Assembly: GCA_010405405.1 (NCBI GenBank)
Contig: MU004239.1
Coordinates: forward strand, 434,001-498,000
Source: Microthyrium microscopicum
Taxonomy: Eukaryota
DNA: 64,000 nt
Direction of reading: 5' to 3'
Of this stretch, positions 48,613-59,174 are shown one piece after another. Made by a program: the position numbers and the translations under genes. Within the stretch, counting starts at the first letter, position 1. The number at the start of each line of letters is the position of its first letter. The notes beneath the pieces are model-generated. The model saw nothing but the letters and a program-made list of their open reading frames with translations, had not been told where the DNA came from and made no database searches.

Positions 48613-50712
48613 CTATATCTAGTTTAAGTAGAGCTCTTAGAATCTTTACTAGATAGTCTTATTATAAGATCTAGACTTTATTTAAGCCTACCTAGCGTAG
48701 TCTATTTTAGATATAGTCCTTATCTAATTATATATTAACTATAATGTTAATATTCTTACTAGATAGTAGCTTAATAGCTATTACCTATAGGATAGTTTCC
48801 TTAATCTTTTTAAATAGCTTTACTCTATCTTACTTATCTTTCTTTAATATATTTTTAACTACTTTTATAATATTAATTTAGACTATTAAGCTTATAAAGG
48901 AGGCTCTTTAGTTAGGGATTAGTAGGTTAGGTTCTTTTGTAACCTTTGTCTAGGAGTTAGGAATTATTTTAATTTTAGTAATCTGCTTTATAATCGTATT
49001 AAGTTTTTAGTTAAGACGCGTTTTAAGGCGTGTTAGTAGAAAGGCCTTATTTATAATTAGAGCTAGATAGAATACTAGTTATTTAACGTAGTTTTATACT
49101 ATAATAAAGGATATATAGTATTATATAAAATTAGCTATTAGCTAGTTAAGGAATAGTTATATTAGATCCCTCTCTTTAGATATAAGTCCTTCTAATAGTA
49201 CTTTAATTCCTCTCTATATTTCTATAAGTAGTAGTTTTAGGTTATCTTTTTATTTCTATATTGCCTTATTTTTAATATAGGTAGCCTCTATAGTAATAAC
49301 GGCTATCTACTACGAATCTTTATTTATCTCTATAGCGCTAGCTATTATTTGCGTCTAGTTAAAAGTTATATTATTATAATAGTCTTAATAAGACGAATCT
49401 AATAATAATAGTTTTATAGAATAATTCTAAGAAATTAATCTTTTAGTATGATAATACTTTTCCTAAAATAGATTTAAATAGTATATTAATATTACTATAC
49501 TCTTTAATAAAGTAATATAATATAATTTACTTAGTTTAAAAGTAAAGTCTAAAAATAAAGTTTAAAATTAAAGAAAACTAATTAACTAATAGTTAAAAAA
49601 GAACTATTAAAGTAGACTTAGATAGTATAAATAAGCTTTAGTATACTTATATAAGTTTTATATCTTAACTAGGTTATAATACTATATAGATTAATTAGTT
49701 ATTAATTATTATAATAATTTAAACTAGATTTAGTTTAGAATAAGAATAATAATTAGTACTACTAGAANNNNNNNNNNNNNNNNNNNNNNNNNNNNNNNNN
49801 NNNNNNNNNNNNNNNNNNNNNNNNNNNNNNNNNNNNNNNNNNNNNNNNNNNNNNNNNNNNNNNNNNNNNNNNNNNNNNNNNNNNNNNNNNNNNNNNNNNN
49901 NNNNNNNNNNNNNNNNNNNNNNNNNNNNNNNNNNNNNNNNNNNNNNNNNNNNNNNNNNNNNNNNNNNNNNNNNNNNNNNNNNNNNNNNNNNNNNNNNNNN
50001 NNNNNNNNNNNNNNNNNNNNNNNNNNNNNNNNNNNNNNNNNNNNNNNNNNNNNNNNNNNNNNNNNNNNNNNNNNNNNNNNNNNNNNNNNNNNNNNNNNNN
50101 NNNNNNNNNNNNNNNNNNNNNNNNNNNNNNNNNNNNNNNNNNNNNNNNNNNNNNNNNNNNNNNNNNNNNNNNNNNNNNNNNNNNNNNNNNNNNNNNNNNN
50201 NNNNNNNNNNNNNNNNNNNNNNNNNNNNNNNNNNNNNNNNNNNNNNNNNNNNNNNNNNNNNNNNNNNNNNNNNNNNNNNNNNNNNNNNNNNNNNNNNNNN
50301 NNNNNNNNNNNNNNNNNNNNNNNNNNNNNNNNNNNNNNNNNNNNNNNNNNNNNNNNNNNNNNNNNNNNNNNNNNNNNNNNNNNNNNNNNNNNNNNNNNNN
50401 NNNNNNNNNNNNNNNNNNNNNNNNNNNNNNNNNNNNNNNNNNNNNNNNNNNNNNNNNNNNNNNNNNNNNNNNNNNNNNNNNNNNNNNNNNNNNNNNNNNN
50501 NNNNNNNNNNNNNNNNNNNNNNNNNNNNNNNNNNNNNNNNNNNNNNNNNNNNNNNNNNNNNNNNNNNNNNNNNNNNNNNNNNNNNNNNNNNNNNNNNNNN
50601 NNNNNNNNNNNNNNNNNNNNNNNNNNNNNNNNNNNNNNNNNNNNNNNNNNNNNNNNNNNNNNNNNNNNNNNNNNNNNNNNNNNNNNNNNNNNNNNNNNNN
50701 NNNNNNNNNNNN

Positions 50713-51086
50713 TATTTTACTTAATACTAGACTATATAATTAACTTTAATACTAAAATAATATTAAAAAAATACTAAATTTAAACTTTATCCTAGAATGG
50801 TTAGTCTAAGAAGAAAACTAAGACTAGTATTAGAATCTACGTAACTAGCTAATTCAAATGCTATAGTTTTTATTAGATTTAAAAAACTAGTATTAAATAA
50901 TAGTAAATACTAGTTATTATAATAATATTATTACTAGTTAGTAACTAGTATTAGAAAATACTAGTCTATTAATTAACTATTCCTAGAGTATACTAATACT
51001 ATTTAGTACTAGTATTGAAAATAAAAAACTAGTCTAGTACTAGTATTGGCTGATAATAGAGTAGACTAAATAGTTTACTAACCCTG
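50713..51086 (-). repeat. Right subterminal repeats and TIR of the hAT element
   Basis: Many ACTAGTATT/AATACTAG motifs, ending ACTAAATAGTTTACTAACCCTG. Confidence 0.85.
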
Positions 51087-53080
51087 TCTGGTAGTGTGCA
51101 TGTTTCGGGCCTTTTCGCATTCAACACAAGAAAGAGTCACATTCAATCACAATCACATTACAATCACATTTCACATAAAAGCAAAGAAAGATATTCTTCA
51201 AGTTAAGGCTCAAACAGCCTACCTTGAGTCACAATTCACATAAAAGTCATATCTCCTCATTCTCAATCGCTTTAAACCGCAACACCCATTCAGATACATC
51301 CTTATCGCCAATCAATTTTAATATCGATAATCGACATCATGGATTCAGATTCCACGTTACACAACTTAGAAGAGTTCATGTCCTTCCGTGCAGACCACCT
51401 TGTCAGGCACCACAAATAATCCTTGTGAAAAGCTCAACGTGTGGAAATACTCCGAGCCAACTATTATTGATTCAAGCCAGCATATTGTGTCATGTTGCAT
51501 ACATTCTTTGCAAGGTTGGTATAATAACAAGGTCTACATGGTTCGTCCTGAAAGGTTAGACTTGGCTTATGTTTGATGTTCCTTACGAATTCTTTCTGTT
51601 CTTCGTGTCTAAAGCTTGGAAGTATCTTTTAGCATTTTTATACCAAGTAGCGTCGTTCTCTAATGCAACATAAAAAAAGCAACGACCGTGCTATCCATTG
51701 ATATCTGCAGCCCAAGCGTGCATACATGAAGATTTACTGCACTCTGCATGCACATTCGAGGGGGTCTTGCTCCCAATCTTCCATCTTTCCCCTTTTTATA
51801 CCCTCTCTCCACATCAAATGCAAGCTCCATCCAACGGTTCGCATAACATCTGCATACCTTCACAACCAACAAATCCCACGAAGCCTATGCAGTAATCCAT
51901 CTCAAGTAACACAAGAATCAATATCACATTCAAGGCGATATCCATCTCCGCAATCATGTGCAACGCGCCTCACTGGCCCGCCCCACGTCTTCATCTGTGC
52001 TCTGCAGGCTCTGAACCCGTCACTCGGATCCGGAGAATAAAAATGATATTTCCCGCGCGGCCAATAGTTTGCGTTGCGCGTTCGAACGATAGCGCCGCAC
52101 GTTCCATCATCTCGCATCGTCTTCACCACTTGTATCGTATGTTGTCACAACTGTCAGCAACCATATTTGTTGATGGTTGTTCTACCGTTTTCTTCACTAC
52201 CTGGAGAGCGGCTCGTCATCTGATGTAACGTCCCGCTCCACTTAGCATCCAACAGACCGATGACGGTTCATCATTGGATGCGGTGTTTTCTAGAAGAATT
52301 AAGAATGTTGCAGGTGCGGATAAGGGGAGAACGGCGCGGCTGGCGCGGCGCGGAATTATAGATTGCGCGATCTTGGCTGCATGTAGGTTAGATGGGAGAT
52401 CTGATGTGTGCTTATTCCTCCTAAGGTTTTTTAGGTTACGCTGGTGCGAGGCAAGGGATGATGTTGGGGTTGAAGGTTGGGGGTCGCGGTGGTGGTTTAA
52501 CGCGTGTGTGTTATCTTATCTCTCTGGTGGTCTGTCTCCGGTGGGGATGGAAGACGGTTTAATGGCTGAGATATAGGTAGCGTGAAAAGGTATCTGTGTA
52601 GATTTGAGTACAAGGCTGATGGACATATGATGGGATTCGCGGTGGTCGTTTTGCTTGTTTTCTGCTTGATGTCGTTTGGATCAAGTCCACATGTTGCCAG
52701 ACTATACTTCGCTTATGGAGCATTAGGTGGCATATTCTAGGCGTGGACTCCTAGCCTCTCATCGACTTGACTATTAGAGGTCGTGTGTATATTAGAGCGT
52801 AGTGACACGACTGGCCATTTATGGTGCTAGCCGGAATCTATACGGTCAATGGGTTGCAAGAAGTGACTGTGCGAACTATCACAACTACGGGCGTTAAAAA
52901 GGATACCCAGGATTGAACAAATGTAATGTAATATAACAATAAGGGTAGAAACGGACAATCTATGCCTGTCTTCAAATACCAATACCATATGTCTCGCTTT
53001 CATGGTAAAATATGCAGGCTGAAATACTCAAAAGCCAATAGCGTTGCTACTGTTTAGATATAGAATATGCCATTCCACGT

Positions 53081-55816
53081 TCATAAAGGAGGGTCATACG
53101 TCCATATCATCTCATGGCTATGATCAACATCCTCGCTGCTGGTCGCATATCGTCCTTGCTCGACGTATGTACTAAATGTATTGCTCATGTGGAGAGACTG
53201 GCCAGCTTCATCTTTCTTTCCATAAACTTGCTCCCGAAGATGATTGAGCCTAGCTTCAGCTCGCTGTACTGTGTCCTTCACCTTCATACGTCGCAGCGTG
53301 CGCCGCAGCAAAATAGATTCCTCGCCAGTCTGAATATACTGCAAAATATCTGGCAAGTGCACAACGGTTGCGTTTGAATAGACGTCGGTTCCCTGATTCA
53401 TCTCTTTCTGGAGCGTTGCTTCCTGGGAGGGCGCTTCTCTCGTCGTCTTTGCCATCTCTGCCATCTCCTGGGCAAGATATTCCCATGCAATCATGTCTAT
53501 CGCCATTCGGTCTTTTGCCATCTGCTCTATTTCCATCTGTTCCTCTGCCAATTGTCTCTGAGCCATAGGCCCTTCTGCTGTTTGTCCCGCAAACACCAGA
53601 TCGCGTTCTAGTAAATCCTCTTCAATCCATTCCAGATCAGTTGACTCCTCATCTGACAAGTCTTCGTCGAAGGGTTCCTGCGCCAGTTGGTCCTGCTCCA
53701 TCTGTTGTTGCTCTTGGGCCTGCTCCATCTGTTGCTTTGATTGATCTTGCTCCATTTGTTGTTTTATTTGATCCTGCTCTATCTGTGCTTTAAGTTGGTC
53801 CTGCTCGATCTGTTGTTTAAGTTGATCCTGCTCAACCTGTTGTCTTATACGGTCCTGTTCTATCTGTTGCTTTCTTTGTTCCTGCTCCATCTGCTCACCC
53901 TCGATCTTTTCTTTCCCCACAAGCACTAGCTGGAGTAGCTGGTCTTGTTTCTGCAGTCTTCTCTGTCTGCGCTCGAATCTCTGAGCCTCCGCAGTCTGCA
54001 TGTGCGGAGACAACGACTTCGTCATATCTTCCAATATCTCGTTTGACTCTCGCATCGTTATTCCTTGTTGCTGATCAAGAATCCTGTCGATAAGTCTGTC
54101 TGCCTGAACATTATCTGAGTTTGTGACCAGTCGCATTGTAACGGCGCCAAGTTCCGGTGAGCATCCCAGGTTTGCTGCCCTTTGAATCAGGTCTCGGTTT
54201 GCGATTAGATCTATCGTAAAGTTATCCCAGCTATTGGTCAATGCCCTCGCTTTCCAGTCTTTCCAATACTTGGCAACGTATTCAGAACTCGACAGTATGA
54301 GTGTCTGAGATGCGCGATCTAACGATGATTCTTTCCGGCAAAATTCGATTGCGAGCTCAAGGCCTAAAACCAGAGCTTCAATTTTGGCACGTATGGTTGT
54401 GAGCCCCGAGTGGTTGGGAAGAACTCGTACAGATCCAAAGGGATTTGAGCCTTGAGATTTGAGAATAGCCGCAGCGGCTCCTATCTTTTGGCCATCGTCA
54501 GTGTTCCTACAGTCTCCATTGATATGAAGGACTAAGGGACCAATCGGTTTTGCCGCTTTCTGCGCAAGTTGGGTAAGTTGCTCTTTTGCTCTTTGTTCTT
54601 TCACTCGCTTCTCTTCTGCTATCCTTTTTCTAGCCATCTGCACTTGAATCTTTAGCTTCTTAGCCACTTCGTCTTGTCCCGGCAACGGTGATTCCTTCAA
54701 CTTGGGCTCGGTCAAATTCTTTCTTGGTATTTCGTCTTCGGACGGTTCATCTTCAGATGATTCATCCTCAGTCAAATCAACCTCCGTCGAATCACTTTCT
54801 ATCAATCCACCTGTTGGTTTCCCCTCTGTCGATTTACCCGTCACAGGTTCAACCTCTGTCATTTCACCCTCGGTCGATTCACTTGCTGTCGACTCGTCAT
54901 CTGTTGATTCATCGTCTGTCGATTCACTTTCCGTGGATACATCGTCCATGTGATCTGGTCGTCTCCGTTCTTGATCCAGGCGCTCTTGCTCTAGTCGCTC
55001 TTGTTCAAGTCGCTCTTGTTCAAGCCGCTCCTGCTTAAGTCGCTCCTGTTCCAGTTCCTCTCGCTCCCGTTCTCGCTCCATCTTTTTCATTAGCTTACGT
55101 TGCCGTTTGCTCTGCCTTTTGCTTTCGGGGCGATCTATCTGTTCTTGACACATTTCCTCCACATTCTCCATCTGTTCCGCCAGCTTACGTTTTCTCTGTC
55201 TATTGCTCTCCGGCTCCTTCGTCTTCTCTGGCTTCTTTCCTCCATTCTGGTCTTTGAGCTTACGGTTTCTTTCCCCTTTTGTTTGCTTAACTGTGACCAT
55301 GATCGTCTCTAGTGTCTCCAAGGGCATCCTGTTTTTTCTCCGAAGGTTACGCGCTTTTCGCAGCTGTGTCTGGTAAATTATAGTCGCCCTCATCACCGCC
55401 CTTTCTGAGGTGCATCGGAGCTCCAGCTCGCCAAGTTCTTCAGAGCGTGCAAGAGTTGCAGCCTTTTCAAGAAGATCCTGATCTTCAAATGGACCTTTCG
55501 TTGAACTTGACGGTTGTCTTAGCCAGGAAATCAAGTCTTTTATCACATCGCCATCGGCTGAGTAAAGGTTGGTTCCAGAAGTCTGATCCGGAGATTGTTT
55601 TTTGTAGTAGTCCAGCGCGAATTCTAGGCCGAGAATGATAGCTTCAAGTTCAGCACGACGGGCCGTAAGCTCTGGATGCTGGCCTAGCAATCGCATGCAG
55701 CCCGTTGAACCTTGTTTAGAGGGTGCTCGCAGATGAGCCGCAGCAGCTCCTGATGCAATGGGATGACGATCATTAAGGCAGGAACCGCTGACCCGAACGG
55801 CGACGTTCCCTATCAT
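53081..55816 (-). CDS. 911-aa protein with two degenerate RNase H-like domains plus coiled-coil and acidic repeats
   Basis: Domain 1 VRVSGSC...GAAAA...TARRAELEAIILGLE...DQDLLEKA. Domain 2 LHINGDCRN...IGAAAA...TTIRAKIEALVLGLE...SSSEYVA...IANRDLIQRA...NVQADRL. Repeats (EQERL)n, (DDEST)-like and (QQIEQDQLK)n. Confidence 0.8.
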   Translation of the reverse strand: MIGNVAVRVSGSCLNDRHPIASGAAAAHLRAPSKQGSTGCMRLLGQHPELTARRAELEAIILGLEFALDYYKKQSPDQTSGTNLYSADGDVIKDLISWLRQPSSSTKGPFEDQDLLEKAATLARSEELGELELRCTSERAVMRATIIYQTQLRKARNLRRKNRMPLETLETIMVTVKQTKGERNRKLKDQNGGKKPEKTKEPESNRQRKRKLAEQMENVEEMCQEQIDRPESKRQSKRQRKLMKKMEREREREELEQERLKQERLEQERLEQERLEQERLDQERRRPDHMDDVSTESESTDDESTDDESTASESTEGEMTEVEPVTGKSTEGKPTGGLIESDSTEVDLTEDESSEDEPSEDEIPRKNLTEPKLKESPLPGQDEVAKKLKIQVQMARKRIAEEKRVKEQRAKEQLTQLAQKAAKPIGPLVLHINGDCRNTDDGQKIGAAAAILKSQGSNPFGSVRVLPNHSGLTTIRAKIEALVLGLELAIEFCRKESSLDRASQTLILSSSEYVAKYWKDWKARALTNSWDNFTIDLIANRDLIQRAANLGCSPELGAVTMRLVTNSDNVQADRLIDRILDQQQGITMRESNEILEDMTKSLSPHMQTAEAQRFERRQRRLQKQDQLLQLVLVGKEKIEGEQMEQEQRKQQIEQDRIRQQVEQDQLKQQIEQDQLKAQIEQDQIKQQMEQDQSKQQMEQAQEQQQMEQDQLAQEPFDEDLSDEESTDLEWIEEDLLERDLVFAGQTAEGPMAQRQLAEEQMEIEQMAKDRMAIDMIAWEYLAQEMAEMAKTTREAPSQEATLQKEMNQGTDVYSNATVVHLPDILQYIQTGEESILLRRTLRRMKVKDTVQRAEARLNHLREQVYGKKDEAGQSLHMSNTFSTYVEQGRYATSSEDVDHSHEMIWTYDPPL

Positions 55817-56572
55817 CTTGGCCGGGATAGATGATGCGAAGGTGATGGCTGAAGTTCAAGGTATCAGTCGAAGTGGAATATGATCGGATCCATGTGCTTC
55901 ATCTCCGGTGATGCTTGGAAAGTGGCTTGGATTGTCTCACACCCCCTGGATAGAAAGGAAAAGATATTGTCTGAACTCTCGGACATTAAAGCTCTGCCCT
56001 ATGTCTACTGGCAAGAAGTCAGAACGATGGGAAGCTACGCGAACAGTGAGGTTGAACCACGCGATGATATATGCACGGGCTAGTACGAATCGGGATTGGT
56101 GGCTGAAGGAGCAAGGCCTCAACGAAGCATGGAGATTGAGGATATATAACGGAGAGTTGAAATGTTGAGACATCTCATGAATTTCAGAGATGTCAGCGTA
56201 ACCGAAAGTTCCAAATATGTATTAGAGCTAAAATTGAAAGGCAGTTCTGGTACACACCACAGTGTGGTCGATCTTATCACCACCTCATTCTCGGGAAGCA
56301 ACAAGGCAGGGAGATTGGCTACTTTCTCTATAACGATACTGTCTACTTCAACGTAGAGCGCAGATGAGGATATGACTTAGCTTTTATTAGTCTTGAGATA
56401 GCTGATCTCAACTATTTGGTTGGAATTAACCATATTTCCAAGCTGACAGGTATCACATTCGCTTGAAGACGCAAATCAAGATCAAAAGATTGAATCCACA
56501 TTGACTAGTACCAACATCAATAACAATACAGATGACTCCGGTAGTCAAGTAGCGAACCCGAGCTCTCCATGT

Positions 56573-57061
56573 CTATCCCTGTTCATTCAAAGCGCAGCTG
56601 CAATATTCGTAGGCGCGGCCATTGTACAATGGTAATATGAAGATATATCGCACCTTCCCAAGGCTACACATCTTGTCATGAAGAACCTTTGCATATCGAA
56701 GCAGATCATGGTTTGCCATCGGCAGGCCAGAAGAATCGACCCAGCCGTCACGGTGCCACGTGTGAATACCTCTCTTCATGCAGTGGATTGCGTCCTGAGA
56801 GGACGAGTATATGGAAAGATCGAGCGGAGGGCCCCATTTCAACTTATGCTATTTGGTCCAGGCGGCTTCCAGCGCCATGATGATCGCCGCGAGTTCGGCT
56901 CGAATTTTTGTAGGCCTTGAAAGTTTTGGTAAGTGACCCGTCCAAACTACATGGTCCCTAGTTGAGCGCAAGTCTTGCACAACCGCTGCTGCACCGGCCC
57001 ATGGAGTACGTCCGTTGTTTCTGCAGAGACCATAGACTTCAAAGCGCATAATGAACCCCAT
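56573..57061 (-). pseudogene. RNase H-like gene with a single in-frame TAG (56851-56849) and a degenerate active site
   Basis: ORFs 56849-57097 and 56573-56842 share one frame: MGFIMRFEVYGLCRNNG...IRAELAAIIMALEAAWTK*HKLKWGPPLDLSIYSSSQDAIHCM...GWVDSSGLPMANHDLL. The first ATG is at 57061; the ORF-track start at 57097 is GTG. Confidence 0.8.
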
Positions 57062-58199
57062 TGTTGACTCTGGATGTAGATACAGGAGTGGTGTCACAAC
57101 AACTCGTGTCTGTCATGAGTTTATCGAGTCAGCTTCTTGGCTATCATGAGCGTGGAACATCCTTCTTACAATGCAAGTAGCTCAGTACTATTTCGCCAAC
57201 CGGAGAATGAGTTCGGATACTGTCTGACGGGGGATGGAGATAAGTGATGCATAAGACGATGGCGGCCAGTGAAAGGTGAGGTGTTTGGAGCAATGATGGT
57301 TTACGCTGTGAGTATAGCATATGACGAGAGATAGAGAAGCGAGGAGAAGTCCAGGTCGGAGACACTTTGAGTGCTGTGCGTCCGGTCCTGTCAACAATAA
57401 GAAAGCTGAAGGAAGCGACGTCCACGACTCGACATCTGGGCCTCCACCCGAAGGATAGAGGCAAGTGTAATGGATAGAGTCCGTAGCTTCCGTGAAACAA
57501 AAATGGGTCTTGGACATCTGCAAAGACTCACAAGAAGGACCATGCCGGAGCAATTCGACCTATTCTGAGCCTATGTGTTCCTTCTTGTATCCTTAAGTTC
57601 TTGGCCAGTGAGGTATTCCGGAATTGCCATCATCGTTGCTTGTTGAAATGATCAGGTCTCGAGAAGAATCCAATACAATTATCCAGATGGAACAATCAGA
57701 CGAGGGAGATATGTACCTGGGTAAGTAGTGAGTAGTTCCCAAGGGTCAAAGCCCCACAATCAGTAGGTACTTGACCAATTACCGTGCATAAGGCTGAAAG
57801 TGTCAATCAGCCTTATCTTATCCTCGCCTTTCTAAGCGATCAAAGAGAGGCATTTCCCGCCCAAGTTTTGTGCAAACATGCTGGCTGCACCTGAGGATTC
57901 GGGTTTTTTGAATGATGTTCTTTCATGCTGAGTTTCGAAATGCTCAAATCATTGCACAAGCACAGCCCAAGCTTCGCTTAAGAGCACAAGTACGAGGGCA
58001 GAACAAAGGAAGAGAGATATTAAGCTGTCATCCGAGGAGAGGTCCAAGATTATAGAAGAGCACTCGGCAAATATTCGAGAATACCAGACTGTCAGACAGC
58101 TCATCATGAGAAGGCTGGATTGAGTACTTCCAAGTTCGCAGCAACAAGCAATTCCCTAGAAGTAATCCATATATCTAATTCCAATCACTGAATTTGGAG

Positions 58200-59174
58200 T
58201 TAGCGTATGCCTTGGTAATTACAGAGCACCACATTTGGCCAGTTGGGAGCTTGATGTAGATCTTGCTGACACTTACGTGTATTGGTTCGCTCGGGGGATC
58301 TTAACCCCATTGCTCGCTCAGCTTTAAGCTGACTGGTTTTAATAGCTTCTTGACGCAGCTTTTCCTGGTTCGATTTATCTCTTTCCATGAGACGGCGGAG
58401 CACCGTAGCTTCCTCCTGCGACTGGATGTCCTGGATTATTCGAAGGACGAGAGTGCCTTCTTTGCTGGGTTTGTAGGTGTTCCACTCTGGTCGCTCCCCA
58501 TACTCCTTACATGCGAGCTCCACCCACAAAGTCTTCGTAGCTGATATTTGCCTTTGCCGAGCTTCTTCTTGCTTCATTCTTTGCACTCTAGCTATTTGCT
58601 CGGCCTGCTCCTTCGCCCTCTGCTTTTCTCTTTCCAGTTCTTGTTCTGCCCTTTGTCGTTCTAATATACGGTTTTGCTTATTCCTCGCGTTCCGTTCTTG
58701 TCGATCTAGCTGATCATTGCAAAGTGCGTCCGCTTCTACGTTCCTCTCTCGTGGGATCCAAATGACTTCGAGACCTCCTTGTGCTCTCAACTGGTCCCTG
58801 AGCTGTGCAGCTTCAAATATGAGATCCCTGTTGACAACAAGTTCCCCCTTTGCATTAAGCCAGCCGCACTGAGACCATTTGTCACACCAGAGGTTCATGC
58901 AGTCAACTGCATATCGAGAATCGGCATGTATCTTCGTTCTGCGAGGCCTGCCTACCCGTACCCTAGTGTATATCTCGCGTGTTCGCTTCAAGGCAAGAAT
59001 GGTAGCTTCTAGTTCAGCGCGTTGACTGGTGGGCTTGCGGGAAGGGGGGATTGCCTGCTTGAGACACAAATGTTCGCGGCCAGAGGAAAGCACGACTCCT
59101 ATGGCTCCTATGGCCTGAGGAGTGCCATTGCCTCTACAGCCACCATCTACAAAGATGGACAAGCTGTATTCCAT
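58200..59174 (-). CDS. Dikarya-type RNase H1-like protein with a coiled-coil C-terminal extension
   Basis: All four acidic catalytic positions are present: FVDGGCRGNG, SQRAEL, IHADSRYA, WIPRERNVEADALC. Also GWLNAKGELVVNRDLI. Confidence 0.9.
   Translation of the reverse strand: MEYSLSIFVDGGCRGNGTPQAIGAIGVVLSSGREHLCLKQAIPPSRKPTSQRAELEATILALKRTREIYTRVRVGRPRRTKIHADSRYAVDCMNLWCDKWSQCGWLNAKGELVVNRDLIFEAAQLRDQLRAQGGLEVIWIPRERNVEADALCNDQLDRQERNARNKQNRILERQRAEQELEREKQRAKEQAEQIARVQRMKQEEARQRQISATKTLWVELACKEYGERPEWNTYKPSKEGTLVLRIIQDIQSQEEATVLRRLMERDKSNQEKLRQEAIKTSQLKAERAMGLRSPERTNTRKCQQDLHQAPNWPNVVLCNYQGIR

Larger units (their letters stand above)
35188..49459 (-). mobile_element. Tad1-like LINE, RIP-degraded, interrupted by a Gypsy element
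   Basis: RT remnants at about 38300-38770 (SFNL*EAYNNI, RIL*GSFLLLILF for GIPQGSxLSPILF, FIDN for FVDD, KFASNKY) and a C-terminal CCHC remnant near 37300. The 3' end has AATAAA and a (TA)n tail. TSD TTCCTAAAATAGATTT at 35172-35187 and 49460-49475. Confidence 0.85.
26740..51086 (+). mobile_element. RIP-degraded hAT DNA transposon with passenger gene and nested retroelements
   Basis: TIR CAGGGTTAGTAAACTA(C/T)TTAGT at 26740 and inverted ending 51086; identical 8-bp flanks TCTGGTAG (26732-26739, 51087-51094); hAT transposase relic inside. The AT-rich composition starts and ends at these termini. Confidence 0.93.

Noticed and set aside
26740..51086. Starship giant transposon
   Set aside because: No tyrosine-recombinase (DUF3435) captain was recognisable. 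TIRs, an 8-bp TSD and a DDE transposase indicate hAT.
26740..51086. Mitochondrial insertion, contamination or alternative genetic code explaining the AT-rich block
   Set aside because: TpA excess with CpA/TpG loss, and TE motifs recoverable by reversing C-to-T and G-to-A changes, fit RIP.
26740..51086. Centromere
   Set aside because: Cannot be supported from sequence alone. The block is fully explained by one insertion with nested elements.
51095..53000. Short ORFs and a CACAAT/CACATT-like microsatellite right of the hAT
   Set aside because: No motifs or convincing gene structure.
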